Origin: the human T2T-CHM13v2.0 reference genome, Homo sapiens
Strand: one strand, 5' to 3'
DNA length: 64,000 nucleotides
NCBI RefSeq assembly: GCF_009914755.1
Contig: NC_060932.1
Shown in pieces: positions 35,071-49,698 of the stretch. Numbering within the stretch: position 1 is the stretch's first letter; each line of letters begins with the position of its first letter. Below the pieces are notes generated by a model. That model searched no databases. It was not told where the DNA came from and saw only the letters and a program-made list of their open reading frames with translations. The translations under genes and the position numbers were made by a program.

Positions 35071-36524
35071 CAGAAACGTTTGAGAAAGAAAAAGTAGATT
35101 AATGAATCAATAAATGAGAAAAACGTGATGGGAAATAGTACGAGTTTTGATAGAGGTGAAGGATTTGAAAAGACCCAGAATAGTATACATGAGACCTTCC
35201 ATAATCTGGTTGTTTTCCAATTTTCTAGCCCCTCACTTCTGCAATATGTTCCATACACTGTTTCTAGCAATACAAAAGTATTTGGGGGTACAACTGTATT
35301 GCATTCACTGCAAGTTCACTGCAAATTCTCCAATTATCTTGCATTCTCTGACCCTTTAGCATATGAATCCATTCAAGATAGTCCTACTAAGGACTTAGGT
35401 CCAAATCTTTGTTTTAACCTATTTTTTCCCTTTTAGAATGTGTGGATTTACTTTTCCTTTTATGGGTGAATCAAGAAACAAAAGAACTCCAACTTCCTAC
35501 TACTTAAACTAAAGACAATGTATAATTTTTGTGTTGTAACTAATTATTGTTACAACAAAAATATTAAACATGTAGCAAAGATATGTACCAGTTGTCATGA
35601 CCCAGGAGTCAATATTTATTTCCACCATTTATTCCCCAAACTGCAGCATGAAAGAAAATGCAGAGATCAGGGAAATGCAGATAATATATGCATTTGTGTC
35701 TCCTGACACCATTATCTCCAGTCAGTGACTTTATCCATATCTTTTGTGTCATTTCTGAAACCTGGATGGCTGTCATACCAAGTGACCCCTGGCCAGTTAT
35801 TCCTTGATCAGCTGAAACATGTGATATCATTTTCTTTCATTTGCTAGCAAGCAAGGAAAGGATAGTCAATTAGACAGCAGAGAAATACTTGTATTGGCAG
35901 CTACCATCTGCAGAGTTGACTGATTGATTGTGGACTCATAAGATTATAATGGCAATCAAATGATCAGACAGGTCTAGGACTGTATCTTGGTGTGTGTGTT
36001 TCTTTGTTTTATCTTCTACTACTATTCCCACCTTAATTTTTTGAATTCAGAGCTATGTCCATGTTTCTAGATACAAAGATCAACTTTTTAGGTCCTGGAG
36101 GAGAATGACAATGCACTTTGGGGAGTTTGTGGCAGCTCTTGCATATTTTTGTGAGTGTGCAAGTAGTAGAGATAAATGCTTTTATCCTAACTCCCAAGAC
36201 CTTATTTCCAGCTCTCTTGAGTAATAGCCAGATTCCTAGCTATTACTCAAGTTTTCCTTATTTAACGGAGGTTTCTGAGACCACCCCAGGGAGTTCTAGG
36301 GGCTCTACGTTTGTGCTACTTCTAGCACTTTGCACCTAATTAGGTTAAAGGCGGTTAGCCCTAATTTGTACTTACCAGCCCACATTTCTTTCCACTCTCA
36401 CAAGATTCCCTATCTCTCACAGAAAGAGAATGATAATCACAGTATACCTGTTACGTAGCATATGCCCTTAGCATTCCAAAGATATCTGTTGAATTACCCT
36501 CTGTGTTGAAAAATTCTCACTGAG

Positions 36525-36650
36525 AAAAATCAAAAGCCTTAGCAAAGTCAAAATATAATGTGTTTCAATTTGTCTATCACTCTGTCACAGAAGGAAAACA
36601 GGCTAGTTTGATGTTATTGATTCTCTGCAAAGCCCTGCTATTTTTCACCC
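36525..36650 (-). mobile_element. L3/CR1 LINE RT fragment
   Basis: Minus strand of 36529-36558 translates LYFDFAKAFD, matching the CR1-clade RT motif YLDFxKAFD; adjacent sequence resembles QHGF..TNL..F. Confidence 0.6.
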
Positions 36651-37959
36651 AAAACCCTGCGCTCTTACGGCTGCTTAGGAATTGATTTCTGGTAAGATAT
36701 TCAGTTTGTTTGTTTGTTTCACAGTATGACACACTGATGGATCCATATCACAATGCACTATCATGTCTATGATTTCATGAGAATGGACTTCAAATTGCTC
36801 CTTTCATTGACTTTGATCACCTCTCCCAAGCTTCATGAATCATTTACAATCATTGCTAGTGGTTGTCATGTCCCTATTTGACCTTGGGTAAACTCGACTT
36901 TGTCAATTAAAACACATTCCACTTACTTAAAATGTAACCAAGATTCCCTCAGGACGAATCAGTATAGTGGTTAAAAATAGGATTTTCTTAACACTAATAA
37001 AAAGTATATTTCTCCTTCCTCCTTACATACTACTATGATTCCCATCTGATGCAAATTCTTCCCCATACAGTATCCCTGGGGGTCACTGAAAATGTCACAG
37101 ATGTTTGTAAACAAATTCTCTTGGCTGCCATCCCACCATGTTCCTCCTCTCCCGCCCCTCTGCTTTGATGTGTTCTGTTGTTGCCAGCCACAAAAGCGTC
37201 ATGAAGCTGCCTATGTCCCTGAGGCACTGTTAACACCCACCAAAAAGTGACATCTGCTACCACGTCTTCATGAGAGACACAGGCTAGCTCACCCTGCTCC
37301 CAATCCCTCTGTGCCACTCTCTTCCACAGCAGCCACAAAACAGCATTGCCTTAGGGACTTAGCATCTCGTGGTGCTTTTGCTGAAATACCTCCTTCAGAT
37401 TTGACGCTCAGTCCTCTCTCTGTGCGATCAGACAAAAGTGTGGTATTTAAGCCATAAACAAACAGAGTGGCAGACAATAGGTGATTTTCCAGAATGACTC
37501 CAAACTCCTGTACAAACTATTTTTTTCTCTGTCCAAACTGTCTTCTCAGAATGATGTCTTCCCCAAGAGATTGATGGTCCATCATGACAACAGAGCACCT
37601 GTGGGTATGTGCAAGTGGCCTTTAGACATACCCCAATATATCTGCATCATAATGTGACCATAACTTAGGGTCAGACTAAGACTCTTTTCATATTAAATAA
37701 TAGAAAACTAGTAGCTACAGCTCTATGTTGTGTCTTCCTATTCTCCCATGCTATGTGTTACCCTGTCCACAGATTATAAATGACATTTAACATTTTTCTG
37801 TTTTGGGGACTTCTGTTGCCTAGTCAGCTCAATTAAATTTCGTAAAAAGTTATTGAGCAATTCCAATATGCCAGATATTTGCCAGTCCATACAATATAAC
37901 AATAAATAAAGCAGAAACTCTAGACTGTAGGGTTTTCTAGCTGATTGGAAAGACACGAA

Positions 37960-38280
37960 AAAGTATTTACCCTGTAGATTGATGAATTTCATAATAGGGT
38001 TAAATATAGATGGGAGCACAGAAGGGAGGAACTTTTGTTAGTTCAGGGATCAAAGAAAACTTCCTGAAGGACAGCATGCCCCAGTGAAGTGCTAAAGGAC
38101 AAATAGACCTTATCAGATGGGTCAGGATAGAGAATGGTGTGGGCAGGAGAGCATCATGAGCCAAGATTCTGAGGCATGCAGATCTGAGGCAAACCGAGCT
38201 TTGGTGTTCTTGGGAGAACTCCAAGTAATTGGAGATCATGGGATCATAAGGTGAAGCATTAAAGAAGGGTAGCAGTAGGG
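37960..38280 (-). mobile_element. L2 fragment
   Basis: GATGGGAGCACAGAAGGAGGAAC..GGGATCAAAGAAAACTTCCTGAAGG..CAAGATTCTGAGGCATG..GGTGTTCTTGGGAGAACTCCAAGTAATT. Confidence 0.55.
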
Positions 38281-40983
38281 GATTGCATCTATTTGTGGCT
38301 TCTAAGGCTTATGACCACGTCTTTATATTTAGCTTATTCCCAACTCCAAACCATAAGGATTTGCATCTTCTTTATGGGTTTTGCCAAAAAAAAATTTAAC
38401 AATCCCAAGTAACCATTACTATTAGTAAAACATTTGTAACAGAGAAAAACTAAGAAATAAACAATTCAGTGGGTTAGTATAATAATCACTTTTGCTCGCT
38501 CACCTCAGAATCCAATACAGTAGACAGCGGGCTCTGTTCCACACAGGCATTCATGTATCCAGGATTCATCCATATTGTGGCACAACTATCTTCAATAATT
38601 GGTCTCTAAAGTTCCATGAAAGAGCAAGAGAAAGCATGGAGTATTCCAGGGAAAGGAAGATATTTGGTTAGGAATGGCATATCACTTTTGCACACATTCT
38701 GGTATTTAGAACTCAGTCACATATCCTCAACCTAATTGTAAGAGAAATTTGGAAACATGGTCTTTCCATGTGCCCTAGAAAAAAAATGAAACCATTTAGT
38801 TTAAATATATGGCATTGTCTCAGACATATTTAGGAGCAAGGAAAAACTAGAGTTGACCACTGCCTTTTGTAGTGTTGATCACTGACCCAAAGGATCATAG
38901 AAAAAACATGGGGTTACCCCACCATTATATCTTTGTATTGAACACTAAGCCATTTCCTTTTAATAAAATCAGGCTCAACACACCATCCTAGGCATTGAGA
39001 ATGGCAGATGACTATGTTTTGTGCCTCTGTGTCTGGATCTATATGTGCGAGAGAGAGCTAAACATTTAAATGAGGCCTTGTAAGCTACTAGAGAGAATCA
39101 GAGAATGAAGTATGCAGCTTTCTAAGCAAGAAGAGTCTGTGAGTTTTATTAACGAATACTGTAGTCTGAGAACTAGCCCTTAACATTTTCCCTCTGAGTC
39201 TATACTTTTAAGGCCATTAGCAATTTTTTCCATATGACAAGACGTCACATTCATAAGAACACTTGGCAACACTGTCTCCTAAGACCATTTCTCATTGGCC
39301 ATGGTTACAATAGAATCAAATTAAATTTGAGAGGATAAAAGGTACCTTTTTATCTTCCAGGAGCAAATATCTATCTAATAACACAGCCCATGTAACATTT
39401 ATACATAGATCTAAAACGTTAGCTTCTTGGGAAAAATGATAGAAAATGAGGAAGGTCATTTTGGCTCATTATATAAGATTCTTGCAAAGCTCCACAGACT
39501 TTTGAGCTAATCCTACATTTTTTATGTGTATCATTTCAGTGCCTAGCTGTATTTGTAGGGTTGTTTTTTCTAAAGACCTCTCAAAATATCACAAAACATC
39601 TTTTTATCAAGATCTAGATGTTATATATGAATATAAAGCAATAGAATAGCTTGTGAAAGGGCATTACATCTCAAGAAATACCTTTATAATGTTGGTTTAG
39701 GAATGGTATTAGAATTCATTTTACAGTGGTTATCATTTTGTGTAAGATATTTGGGTTTCCAAACTTCCTTCACTTTCTACCCTCCTCCTTTCACACTTTG
39801 GGTAATTGTAATCATCAGTATTTTCCTAATGAGGATAATGAAAGTCACCTTCTTATAGTGGTGGTATGGGGATCAAATGAGGTAATATGCACATAATCAT
39901 TTTGTAATAAAATTTTGCATCTGTTATTATCACTTGGTCTTGTCCAGGCAGAAATGGCTCTCTCTCCCCTGCCCTGGGTGCATTTCTTCATGACAGTTTT
40001 ATTCCCTTAAACTGGAATTCTTTATTATAAAGTCAGGACTCTGGGATAGGTGTAAGTTAGCTTAAGGATAAACTGAATGTATTAGCTCTCAAAATGAAAA
40101 GTCTGTGAGACTAGGCTTCAAGCAAAACTAAATTTGGGTGCTCAGATTATATGGTCTCTCTCTTTCACTCCCTCCCTCCTTACTTTTTTCCTTCTTTCCC
40201 TCTCTCCTTTTCTCAGTCTCCATCTCTAGTTATGTTTTCTTTAAGAGCTTGGGAGACTATTTCTGATCAAGAGAAAGCCCATCAAGTCTAAGCTTACATG
40301 GTCTTCTAGCTACTAATTTCAGAAGGAGAGAAACACACTCAATCAGTGTTTCTTTTGGTTTCCCCATAATAACTTTAATTGGTTTTCCTGGGTGAGTCAC
40401 TGTGTCCCAGGGGAATGTGAACATTTGATTAGCCAGCTTAGTCATCCACTCCAGCAGCAGTGGAGTTGGGGATCCCAAACTGACAACCCCAGCAGAATCA
40501 CATAGACTGGCAAAAGGGTGATTTTCAAAAGGTATGAGGGGCAGACACAAAATGGCAGATATTGTATCATATTCTATTCCATATTAGACTGTGATCTTCT
40601 GAGGAGATGCAAGTTGGACAAAACTTAGTAGTGAGCAGATAATAATAACACTTAAAAATATTAGTGGAATAGAAGAATTGTCCATCTCACTTTTGACTAA
40701 ATGCAAATTAGCATGGCTAATCAAGAAGATAAGTTTGTAAAGCATAAAATGTGTTGGTATTACACATAAGCAACTAAACCTAGATATTACCATAACCTGA
40801 TAATAATCTCAGAACCTTTCAATTACCTTAGTAGTACAAAGCAAATTTAGTAAGTAAATTGAAAGTATGGAATTTGCATTGAATTCCAATGGAATAATAA
40901 ATAAGAGGGGGAAAACAAGCAGATTCCTTAAAATCATATTAGATCTCAGCAGTTCAGTTTGTCTTTTTGATCTCAAAACCCAA

Positions 40984-41299
40984 GGCCAGGTGCACTGGCT
41001 CACACCTGCAATCCAGCACTTTAGGGGGCTGAGGTGGGCAGATCCCTTGAGGAGTCTGAGACCAGGCTGGGCACATGGCAAAATCCCATTTCAACAAAAA
41101 ATACAAAAAAAAAAAAAAAAAAAAAAAAAGCTGGGCATGGTGGTGTGCACCTGTAGTCCCAGCTGGCCAGGAGGCTGAGGTGGGAGGATCATTTGAGTGC
41201 AGGTGGTTGAGGCTGCAGTGAACCTTGATCATGCCACTGTACTCCAGCCTGGGCGACTGAGTGAGATCCTGTCTCGAACAACAACAACAACAACAAAAA
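40984..41299 (+). mobile_element. AluJ-like element
   Basis: GGCCAGGTGCACTGGCTCACACCTG start; J-type GAGGTGGGAGGATCATTTGAG and GGCTGCAGTG; expanded mid A-tract; (CAA)n tail. Confidence 0.93.
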
Positions 41300-42534
41300 G
41301 CAATAGTTCTGCTTCTAGTATACAAATGACATCTTCAAGTTGAATTCATTTGAGGTGAACTTATTTGAAGAGGGAGACTAAGAGCAACTTCAGGAGGTCC
41401 ACCTTTAAGTGGAAATGGACAATTCTGTAAAAGGTTGAGGGCAATATGTGCATTACAAAACACAGGCTTTAGGGGCAAAATGGGGTCACTAATAGAGAGG
41501 CATATCAGGTAGACCATGAAAAAGAGTTGGACAGAATTAAAGTTAAGAAGAAATTGATGAGGATAAAACCCAATAGGAAGGATAGAAGCATAAGAACTCT
41601 CATTCCTAATTAGCAAATGAATACTTCAATTAGAGCCTTGGCTTTATTCTCCTCATCTGAAAGAGTCAAGAGAAATGAGAAGAACTGTAAGAAAATGTTG
41701 GACTACACCTTTGAATCTCTTCCTAGTGTTCAAACTTCTAGGACATTATAGTACTCTGTATTCCCCAGAAGTATTTTCAGATCTTTCCATTAAAGATGGA
41801 TTAAGGTGGGCTAGTCTGTTTTAGATACAAAGCTCCTATTTTGCAGTCATCACTACATACCTTTCAATGGGAGGTTCATACTATCTTCTTATAACCTTAT
41901 ACCCTAGCATCTGTATCCCCATCACTATCATCCACCATCCTCCATGATTCATGTTGTTTACCACCCTGTCTCCGTCAGTAGTGTCAGGCAATTCACATCT
42001 ACCCTGATGATCTATCTGCTGTGTTGACTTCATGGTCATCTCAATCTCTTCTCAAATAATGTCCTCCTCCTTACCCATTTCATCTAGCCAGTAATGTGCA
42101 TTTTAATGGGGGTTATTTGTATGTGATACCTAACACCCAAAATAAATGAGTTTTCAGTTCAAACATACTCAATACTAAGGTAGAGACCAGCAGGAAAGAT
42201 ATGTTGAACTTAGGGCATCTTTTAGCATGATCAAATTTATCATCTTACTTTACCACCCTCAATCAGTCATCTATAAATGCTCACCTCATAGACCCAAACA
42301 TGTAAGCTCTTTTTTACCTTTCTACTTGTCTGCTCATATTATACTTTCAGAATAAATTTAAGACTCATGGGCTCTATAAATTAATATTGTGTTGTTGTGT
42401 AACCTTGCCTTCATCTCCCTTTCCAAAACATGAGCTAAATTTAGTCCTAAGATCTATTCTTCATCTTCATTCCTTGCCAACCAGGTAAAAATGAATTGTC
42501 ACAAGATAAATAAATATGAAAGCAAAATGTTACT

Positions 42535-44077
42535 TCACATATGGAAATTCAAGGAACCCAGAATAGTAAAACAATTTTGAAAAAAAAAAAGTTGGAGGAC
42601 TCACATTTCTCAATTTCAAAACTTATTACAAAGTTGCAGTAATCAAGACATTCTGGGAAGGATAAACATATATATTAATAGAATTGGAATGAGAGCACAG
42701 GAAGAAATCGTCACATTTATAGTCAATTGATTTTTGACAAGGAAGCCAAGATGACAATTCAGTGGAAGAAAGAATAGTCTTTTTAACAAATGGTACTGGA
42801 AAACCTGAACATCACATTCAAAGGAATTAAGTTGAACCCCTACCTTACACCATATACAAAAATTAACTCAATGGATAAATACCTAAATGTAAGAGCTAAA
42901 ACTATAAAACTCTTTGGAGAAAATAAAAGGTAAGGCTTTATAACCTTAGATTTGGCAGTGGTTTCTTAAATATGATGCTAAGTGAGCAAGCAACAAAACA
43001 AAAAATGGATACATTGGATTTCATCAAAAGTAAAAACTTTTGTCCTTCAAAGGACATCATCAAGAAAGTGAAAAGACAATTCACAGAATTAGAGAAATTA
43101 TTTGCAAATTATACATCTGGTGAAAGGACTTGTATCCAGAATATATAAAGTGCTCTTACAACCCAATAATTAAAAGGCAAATAACCTAATTAAATATTGG
43201 AAAAGGAAAAAAGTAACAAAATAAATGGAAAAGGATCTGAACAGAACTTCTCCAAAAAGGATACACAAATGGCCAATAAAGACATGAAAAGATGGTCAGC
43301 ATTATTTGCCATCAGGAAAATTCAAATCAAAACTACAATGAGATATCACTTCATATCCACTAGGATGGCTAGGATAAAAAAGACAAATAATAAAAAAATG
43401 TTGAAAAGGATGTGGAGAGATTAGAACCCTTATATACTGCTTGTGGGAATGTAAAATCATGCGGCCACATTGGAAAACAGTCTGGCAGTTCTTCAAAAGG
43501 TTAAACATAGTGTTACCTACCATATGGCCCAGGAATTCCACTCCTACCCAAGAGAAATGAAAATATATGCCCACATAAAAACATGTATATGAATGGTTAT
43601 AGAAGCTTTACTCATAATAGGTAATAAGTGGGAATAATTCAAATGTCCATCAACTGATGAATAATGACACAAAATGTGGTATATCTATGCAATGGAAAAT
43701 TATTGTGCCACAAAAAGGAATAAAGTACCGAGACATGCTACAGCATGAATGAATCTTGAAAACATTAGGCAAAGTGAAAGAAGACAATCACAAAGGCCCA
43801 TATATGGTATAATTACATTTATAAGAATGCCAAGAATAAGCAAATCTATAGAGACACAAAGTAGGGTCAGTTGTTTTCTAGGGCTTGGAGGAAATGGGGA
43901 GCAACTGTTAATAGGTACAAGATTTCTTTTAGAAATGATAAAAATGTTCTAAAATTGATGGTGGCAGTTGCATAACTGTGTGACTAGACCAAAAACTATT
44001 CAATTATATACCTTAAATGGGTGAATTATATGGCATGTGAATTATATCTCAATAAAGCTGTTATGTAAGAAAAAAAC
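42535..44077 (+). mobile_element. L1MB-like 3' portion (~1.5 kb)
   Basis: ORF2-like text (CCCAGAATAG..GTTGGAGGACTCACA; TTAACAAATGGTACTGG; QNFSKKDTQMANK..IQIKTTMRYH) and terminus GTGAATTATATCTCAATAAAGCTGTT plus A-tail. Confidence 0.88.
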
Positions 44078-47039
44078 AGTGTCCTGTCATTTTTATTAGC
44101 CCAGAGGAAATTGAAAACTATCACAAGTTTATCGAAAATTTGTCTTTTTGATCCTGGCTTAGTAGTCATTTCAGACTACATGGTTTCTTTTTATTGATAT
44201 TCTATTGGTGAGGTTTGTTGATGCCATAATTATCAGGGTTTGAAATACTTTTAAAAAATCACCAAAATACCCCGGTTTGGGGGTCCTTTTTGCAAAGCTC
44301 TTACAAACCTGTCTGTATATGTCATACTGAGTACTCTCTCGATAGATCATTTCTATTACTTGAGAACAGATCTGTAAATTCATTTTCGTTGTAAAGATAA
44401 CCACTTACTATGATAACACATGGTGGCTTCTTTATTACTTCAAGTATCAAGAGCTGTTTCTCTAGTTTCTACTACTTATATCACTGGACTCTCCCCCTGA
44501 AATTTTTATGTTATTTAAGAGCTATTTCTATCAGGGGAAGGTGATGAGAGAATAATGAGTTAAGCTTCCTGGTTCTTGAGTTAGTTGGGAAAGTACAGCT
44601 CTTTTCTCTAGAATTTGCCCATCTTGTCTTCCTCACTACTTGCCTTTTGGAAGGAGATTGCGATTCTTCATCCAAGACTTCAACCCTACACCAAATGACT
44701 AAGGCACTGTGGCCTAATGTCCAGAAAGCTCCTCCCCACAAATGCAGTCTAGAATAAATCTGATCTCCCTTCACCTCTGAAATTCCTGGAATAAGCCTCA
44801 TGCTGCCATCTGTCTAGGTCAACAACTTTAACCACTGCCCTTTGATTACTCTTGAGGTGGTAGGTTTATTAAAAAGAAGCTCTGACTTCTCACTCTGACT
44901 GAAGGTGTCTAAACAAGAAGCTTGAAATTCTGACTACAATCTATTTAACCACATAACTAACTAGAAATTCTGACTAGATTATTTGACTACATAAACCACC
45001 AATGTGTTTGTGGTTGGTTGGGTTGGGGAGTGCTGTAATAACACTGTGGGCATGCATGGTAAGTGGGATAGGCACCAAGCATGTCATCAAGACCAATCCA
45101 TATCCCATGTGAAAATAGAAAGTATACTTTCAATGTCTTCCATCCTTAGACAAGAGGACATTGAATACCTCTAAGCCCACTTTCTGGCCTCAGACTATGG
45201 ACAAGGAGACTTTCACTTTCATCTCAGCTACAGAAATGTTGGAGAGAACACATCTAATCTGGTCTGTCTTTATCTTTTACTATGCCCCATAAGAGATTGT
45301 GAGATTAGAAAGAGTAAGATATGTTTAAGACCATAGCTATCTATATTCCAACTTTTTCTTTTACCCTCTTTGTTCTTTGTTCTGCCTAAAAATGGGTTGT
45401 GAGTCAAAATTAACAATTTTCCATGTACCTGAATACATAATAGGGCAGATGCAATCCAGAAGCAGATCTTAATTTCTCAATTTGTAGGAAAGGAGATAAT
45501 AGGAGAACTTCACTTTAATCTCAGCTTCTAGCCACAGTATCTAACCCCTTATTAGGGAGTTATCAGCTATATAATTAAGGTTAATAGTGAGATTGTTTGG
45601 CTCCTCATATTTTCTCTTTATTGGTTAGAACCCAGAGAAGAGAATGGGTGAGGAATTGGTTCCAAGAAAAGCAGACCCTATGGTGGAGAGTGTCCATGAT
45701 TACATATGTTCAGGGCTGGAAAAGGCAGGGGCTAATAAAACAAAACACAGTGCATTTCTGTCAACTCAACAAACATGCATCAAGTACCTAAATAAGTAGA
45801 CAAACAACATAATAAGATTATATCTACCACATTTATTGTAAGATAAATAATTGTAAGAGACATGGCTACAGGGTAAGGAACTTAACTCTTGATACTTTTG
45901 GTATACCATCTAGATGACCCTTCCAACACATTGGCCTCTCAGTTCCTTGGAAAATCTCTCTTCCAATGATCTTGTTCCTCATCCTACCTCAGTTACTCAA
46001 TCCCACGAGCTTATCCTAGACTTCATCATTACCAATAATGGCAACTCTAGTCATTTCATGCCTTCTAATCTCTGGCTACCACCTTCTAATTTCCACTCAC
46101 TCTCTTAGTAACCTATGACCAAAAATCTCCACTTCATGGATCCTTCCATTGATCCACCCCCCTGATGCTTTCTCTCCTTCCTAAACCAGCTTAAGTGTCA
46201 CGGTCAATTTGCATTGACCCTTGATGTCCTTGATTCCACTGCCAACTCCTTTACTTCATATTACTCACTAGATAATCCACAACTTAGTTCAAATCAACTC
46301 TCCACCCACCCATGCTTGGCATTGAGCAGCATGTCTAGATATAAACACCCAACCACTGCTGACTAATATCAATTTAAATCTATGACTGGGGACTCAAGAG
46401 GGCCCTTAACACAGCTCAGTAATTATCTTACACTTCCCTAGTCTATTCACTCTTCCATGTTCCTAAATCCCTATTGTGAAATGTCTCCTCTCTCATCAAA
46501 TCTTCAATGTTGCCTTTCCTAAATTCATTTTCAATTAATAACTTTGCTTTCTATGTTGAGAAAATGGAAGTAGTCAGATGAGAATCACCACCCCCTCTGA
46601 CCCATCTGCACTTTCTTATTTGTGCCCACAGATGGACTCTCCACAATCCTAACACCAATTCTTCCTATGTTCTAGATCCCATCTCTCTAACCTATTCAAC
46701 AACATTGTTCCAACAATTCTCTTCTGTCTCCTACAGTTTCTCCCTCTGTCCTAGACGACTCCCATCAGCATACATACATGTTAATATCACTTTTATTTTT
46801 ATTTACTTAAAAAAGAGTAAATAAACCTTTTCTAGATCCTATATCTCCTGACAGCTAGTGCTTTATTTGCTTGTTTTCTTTTGTAGAAACTCTCTTTTTT
46901 ATAAGTTTTATACACTTGCTGCCTCCATTTTCTTTCCTTGCAGTCTCTTTAATCCACTTCCATCAAGTTTTCACATTTACTGCCCATTAGAGGTGTTGTT
47001 TTCAAGTTTACACAGAGACACCCACATTATTAAATGTAA

Positions 47040-47436
<397 letters not shown>

Positions 47437-47816
47437 TGATCTTGATGCTTGCTTCTTTCTTCATTTGGCTTTCAGGATATCACACTCTGTGCTGATGAAC
47501 AACTTCTTTACAGTCTTCTTTGCTTGTCGCTCCCAACTTCTTCTTACTGCAGTGTCCTTGTGCTTGGAGTTTGACATCCTTCTCTCCTCTATATAGACCC
47601 CTCCTATGGTGATCTCATCCTATCTCGTGGCTTTCGATGCCAGCTGTTTCCCAATAACTCACAAGTTCATGTACCCAGCCTAGACTTCTCTTCTAAACAC
47701 TAGACTTACATATTCAACTTCAAATTTGCACTGACTTGTCTAATGCATTTATCAAACACATGTCCAAAACTCAATTCCTAATCTTTCCCACTCTCCCTAA
47801 ATAGTTTGCTCCCACA

Positions 47817-48419
47817 GAGTGTAAACTAGTTCAACCATTGTGGAAGACAGTGTGGTGATTCCTCAAGGATCTAGAACCAGAAATACCATTTGACCCAGCA
47901 ATCCCATTACTGGTTATATACCCAAAGGATTATAAATCATTCTACTGTAAAGACACCTGCATACGTATGCTTATTGCAGCACTATTCACAGTAGCAAAGA
48001 CTTGGAATCAACCGAAATGCCCATCAATGATATACTGGATAAAGAAAATGTGGCACATGGAATACTATGCAGCAATAAAAAGGATGAGTTCATGTCCTTT
48101 GCAGGGACATGGATGAAGCTGGAAACCATCATTCTCAGCAAACTAACACAGGAACAGAAAAACAAACACCACATGTTCTCACTCATAAGTGGGAGTTGAA
48201 CAATGAGAACACATGGACACAGGAAGGGGAACATCACACACTGGGTCCTGTCGGGGGTTCAGGGACTAGGGGAGGGATAACATTATGAGAAATATCTGAT
48301 GTAGACAACAGGTTGATGGGTAGAGCAAACCACCATGACACGTGTATACCTATGTAACAAACCTGCATGTTCTGCACAAGTATCCCAAAACTTAAAGTAT
48401 AATTTTAAAAAAAGAAAAA
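47817..48419 (+). mobile_element. L1PA7-like 3' fragment
   Basis: ORF2 end (EFMSFAGTWMKLETIILSKLTQEQK) plus 3'UTR and A-tail; TSD AGTTTGCTCCCACA at 47803-47816 and 48420-48433. Confidence 0.95.
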
Positions 48420-48670
48420 AGTTTGCTCCCACATATAGCCCCTTTTATCTCAACCAATGGCAACTCCATTATTCCAGTTTCTCAGACAAATAACATTGAG
48501 GTTGCTCATGACACCTTTCTTTTGCTCTCATATGACATCCAATGTCAGTAAATCCTATTAACTCTGCCTTCAGAGTATATCTAATATCTTATCACTTCTC
48601 ACCAACTTCACTGCTACCATTCTGGTCTGTGCCACCATTTTCACATATCTAGATGGCTGTAATAGCCTCC

Positions 48671-49280
48671 CGAAATGGTTTGGATATATGTCCCCGCCCA
48701 AATCTCATGTTGAACTATCAGAGATGGGGCCTGGTAGGGGGTGATTGGATCATGGAGGAGGATTTCTCATGAATAGCTTAGCACTATCCCCCTTAGTATT
48801 GTCTTCACAGTTGTGAGTGAGTTCTCCTAAGATCTGGTTGTTTAAGTTTTAGGGTACATGTGCACAATGTGCAGGTTTGTTACATATGTATACATGTGCC
48901 ATGTTGGTGTGCTGCACCCATTAACTCATCATTTACATTAGGTATATCTCCTAATGCTATCCCTCCCCACTTCCCCCACCCCACAACAGGCCCCAGTGTG
49001 TGATGTTCCCCTTCCTGTGTCCATATGTTCTCATTGTCCATATGATCTCCCAAGATCTGGAGGTGTGTAGCTCCTCCACCCTCTCTCTCTTGCTTCTGCT
49101 CCTCCCACATAAGACATTTCTGCCCTGGCTTCACCTTCCACCATGATTGTCAGTGCATTCCGAGGCCTCTCCAGAAGCTGAGCAGATGCCAGCATTATGC
49201 CTCCTGAATAAACCTCTTTTCATTGTAAATTATCCAGTCTCAGGTATTTCTTTATAGCAACGTGATAATGGACTAATATA
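48671..49280 (+). mobile_element. MST (MSTA/B-like) MaLR LTR, interrupted by an L1 fragment
   Basis: ATGGTTTGGATATATGTCCCCGCCCAAATCTCATGTTGAA ... GAAGCTGAGCAGATGCCAGCA ... CAGTCTCAGGTATTTCTTTATAGCAA..GGACTAATA; TSD (C/T)CTCC at 48666-48670 and 49281-49285. Confidence 0.88.
48841..49037 (-). mobile_element. L1PA3-5-like 3'UTR fragment lacking a poly(A) tail
   Basis: Reverse complement ~97% identical (6 mismatches in 197 by hand) to the L1 at 50527-50723; ends at ..AAAACTTAAA before the polyA signal. Confidence 0.9.
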
Positions 49281-49698
49281 TCTCCTAACTCATCTCCCTT
49301 TTTCTACACTTGATGCCCTAGAGTCTGTTCTCAACATGGGAAACAGAGGGATTTTGTAAAACATATTAAGTCAGATTTCAGATTAAATCTCTCCTATGCT
49401 CAAAAATCTCTTCTGGATCCCAATTTTAGAACTCCTAGTATTCTTTACTATAGCATTCTACAGGTCATACATGGTCTGGGCCTCTGTCACTTTCTTGATC
49501 TTGTTTCCTATTTACTCTCATTTTTATTCTTTCTATTCCAGTCCCCACAGACTTTTTGCCCCTCTTTAAATATGCCAGACCTACTCTCACCTTGGCCTTT
49601 GTACCAGCTGTTCCCTCTATCTGGATTTTTCACCTCCATACAACTGTGTGGCTCAGATTCTCATTTCCTGGATGTCTTCACTGCAATGCCTCCTTCTT

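Noticed and set aside
44924-44998. Two imperfect 40-bp tandem copies (also short doublets near 4104-4133 and 50989-51035)
   Set aside because: Ordinary small tandem duplications with no further structure.
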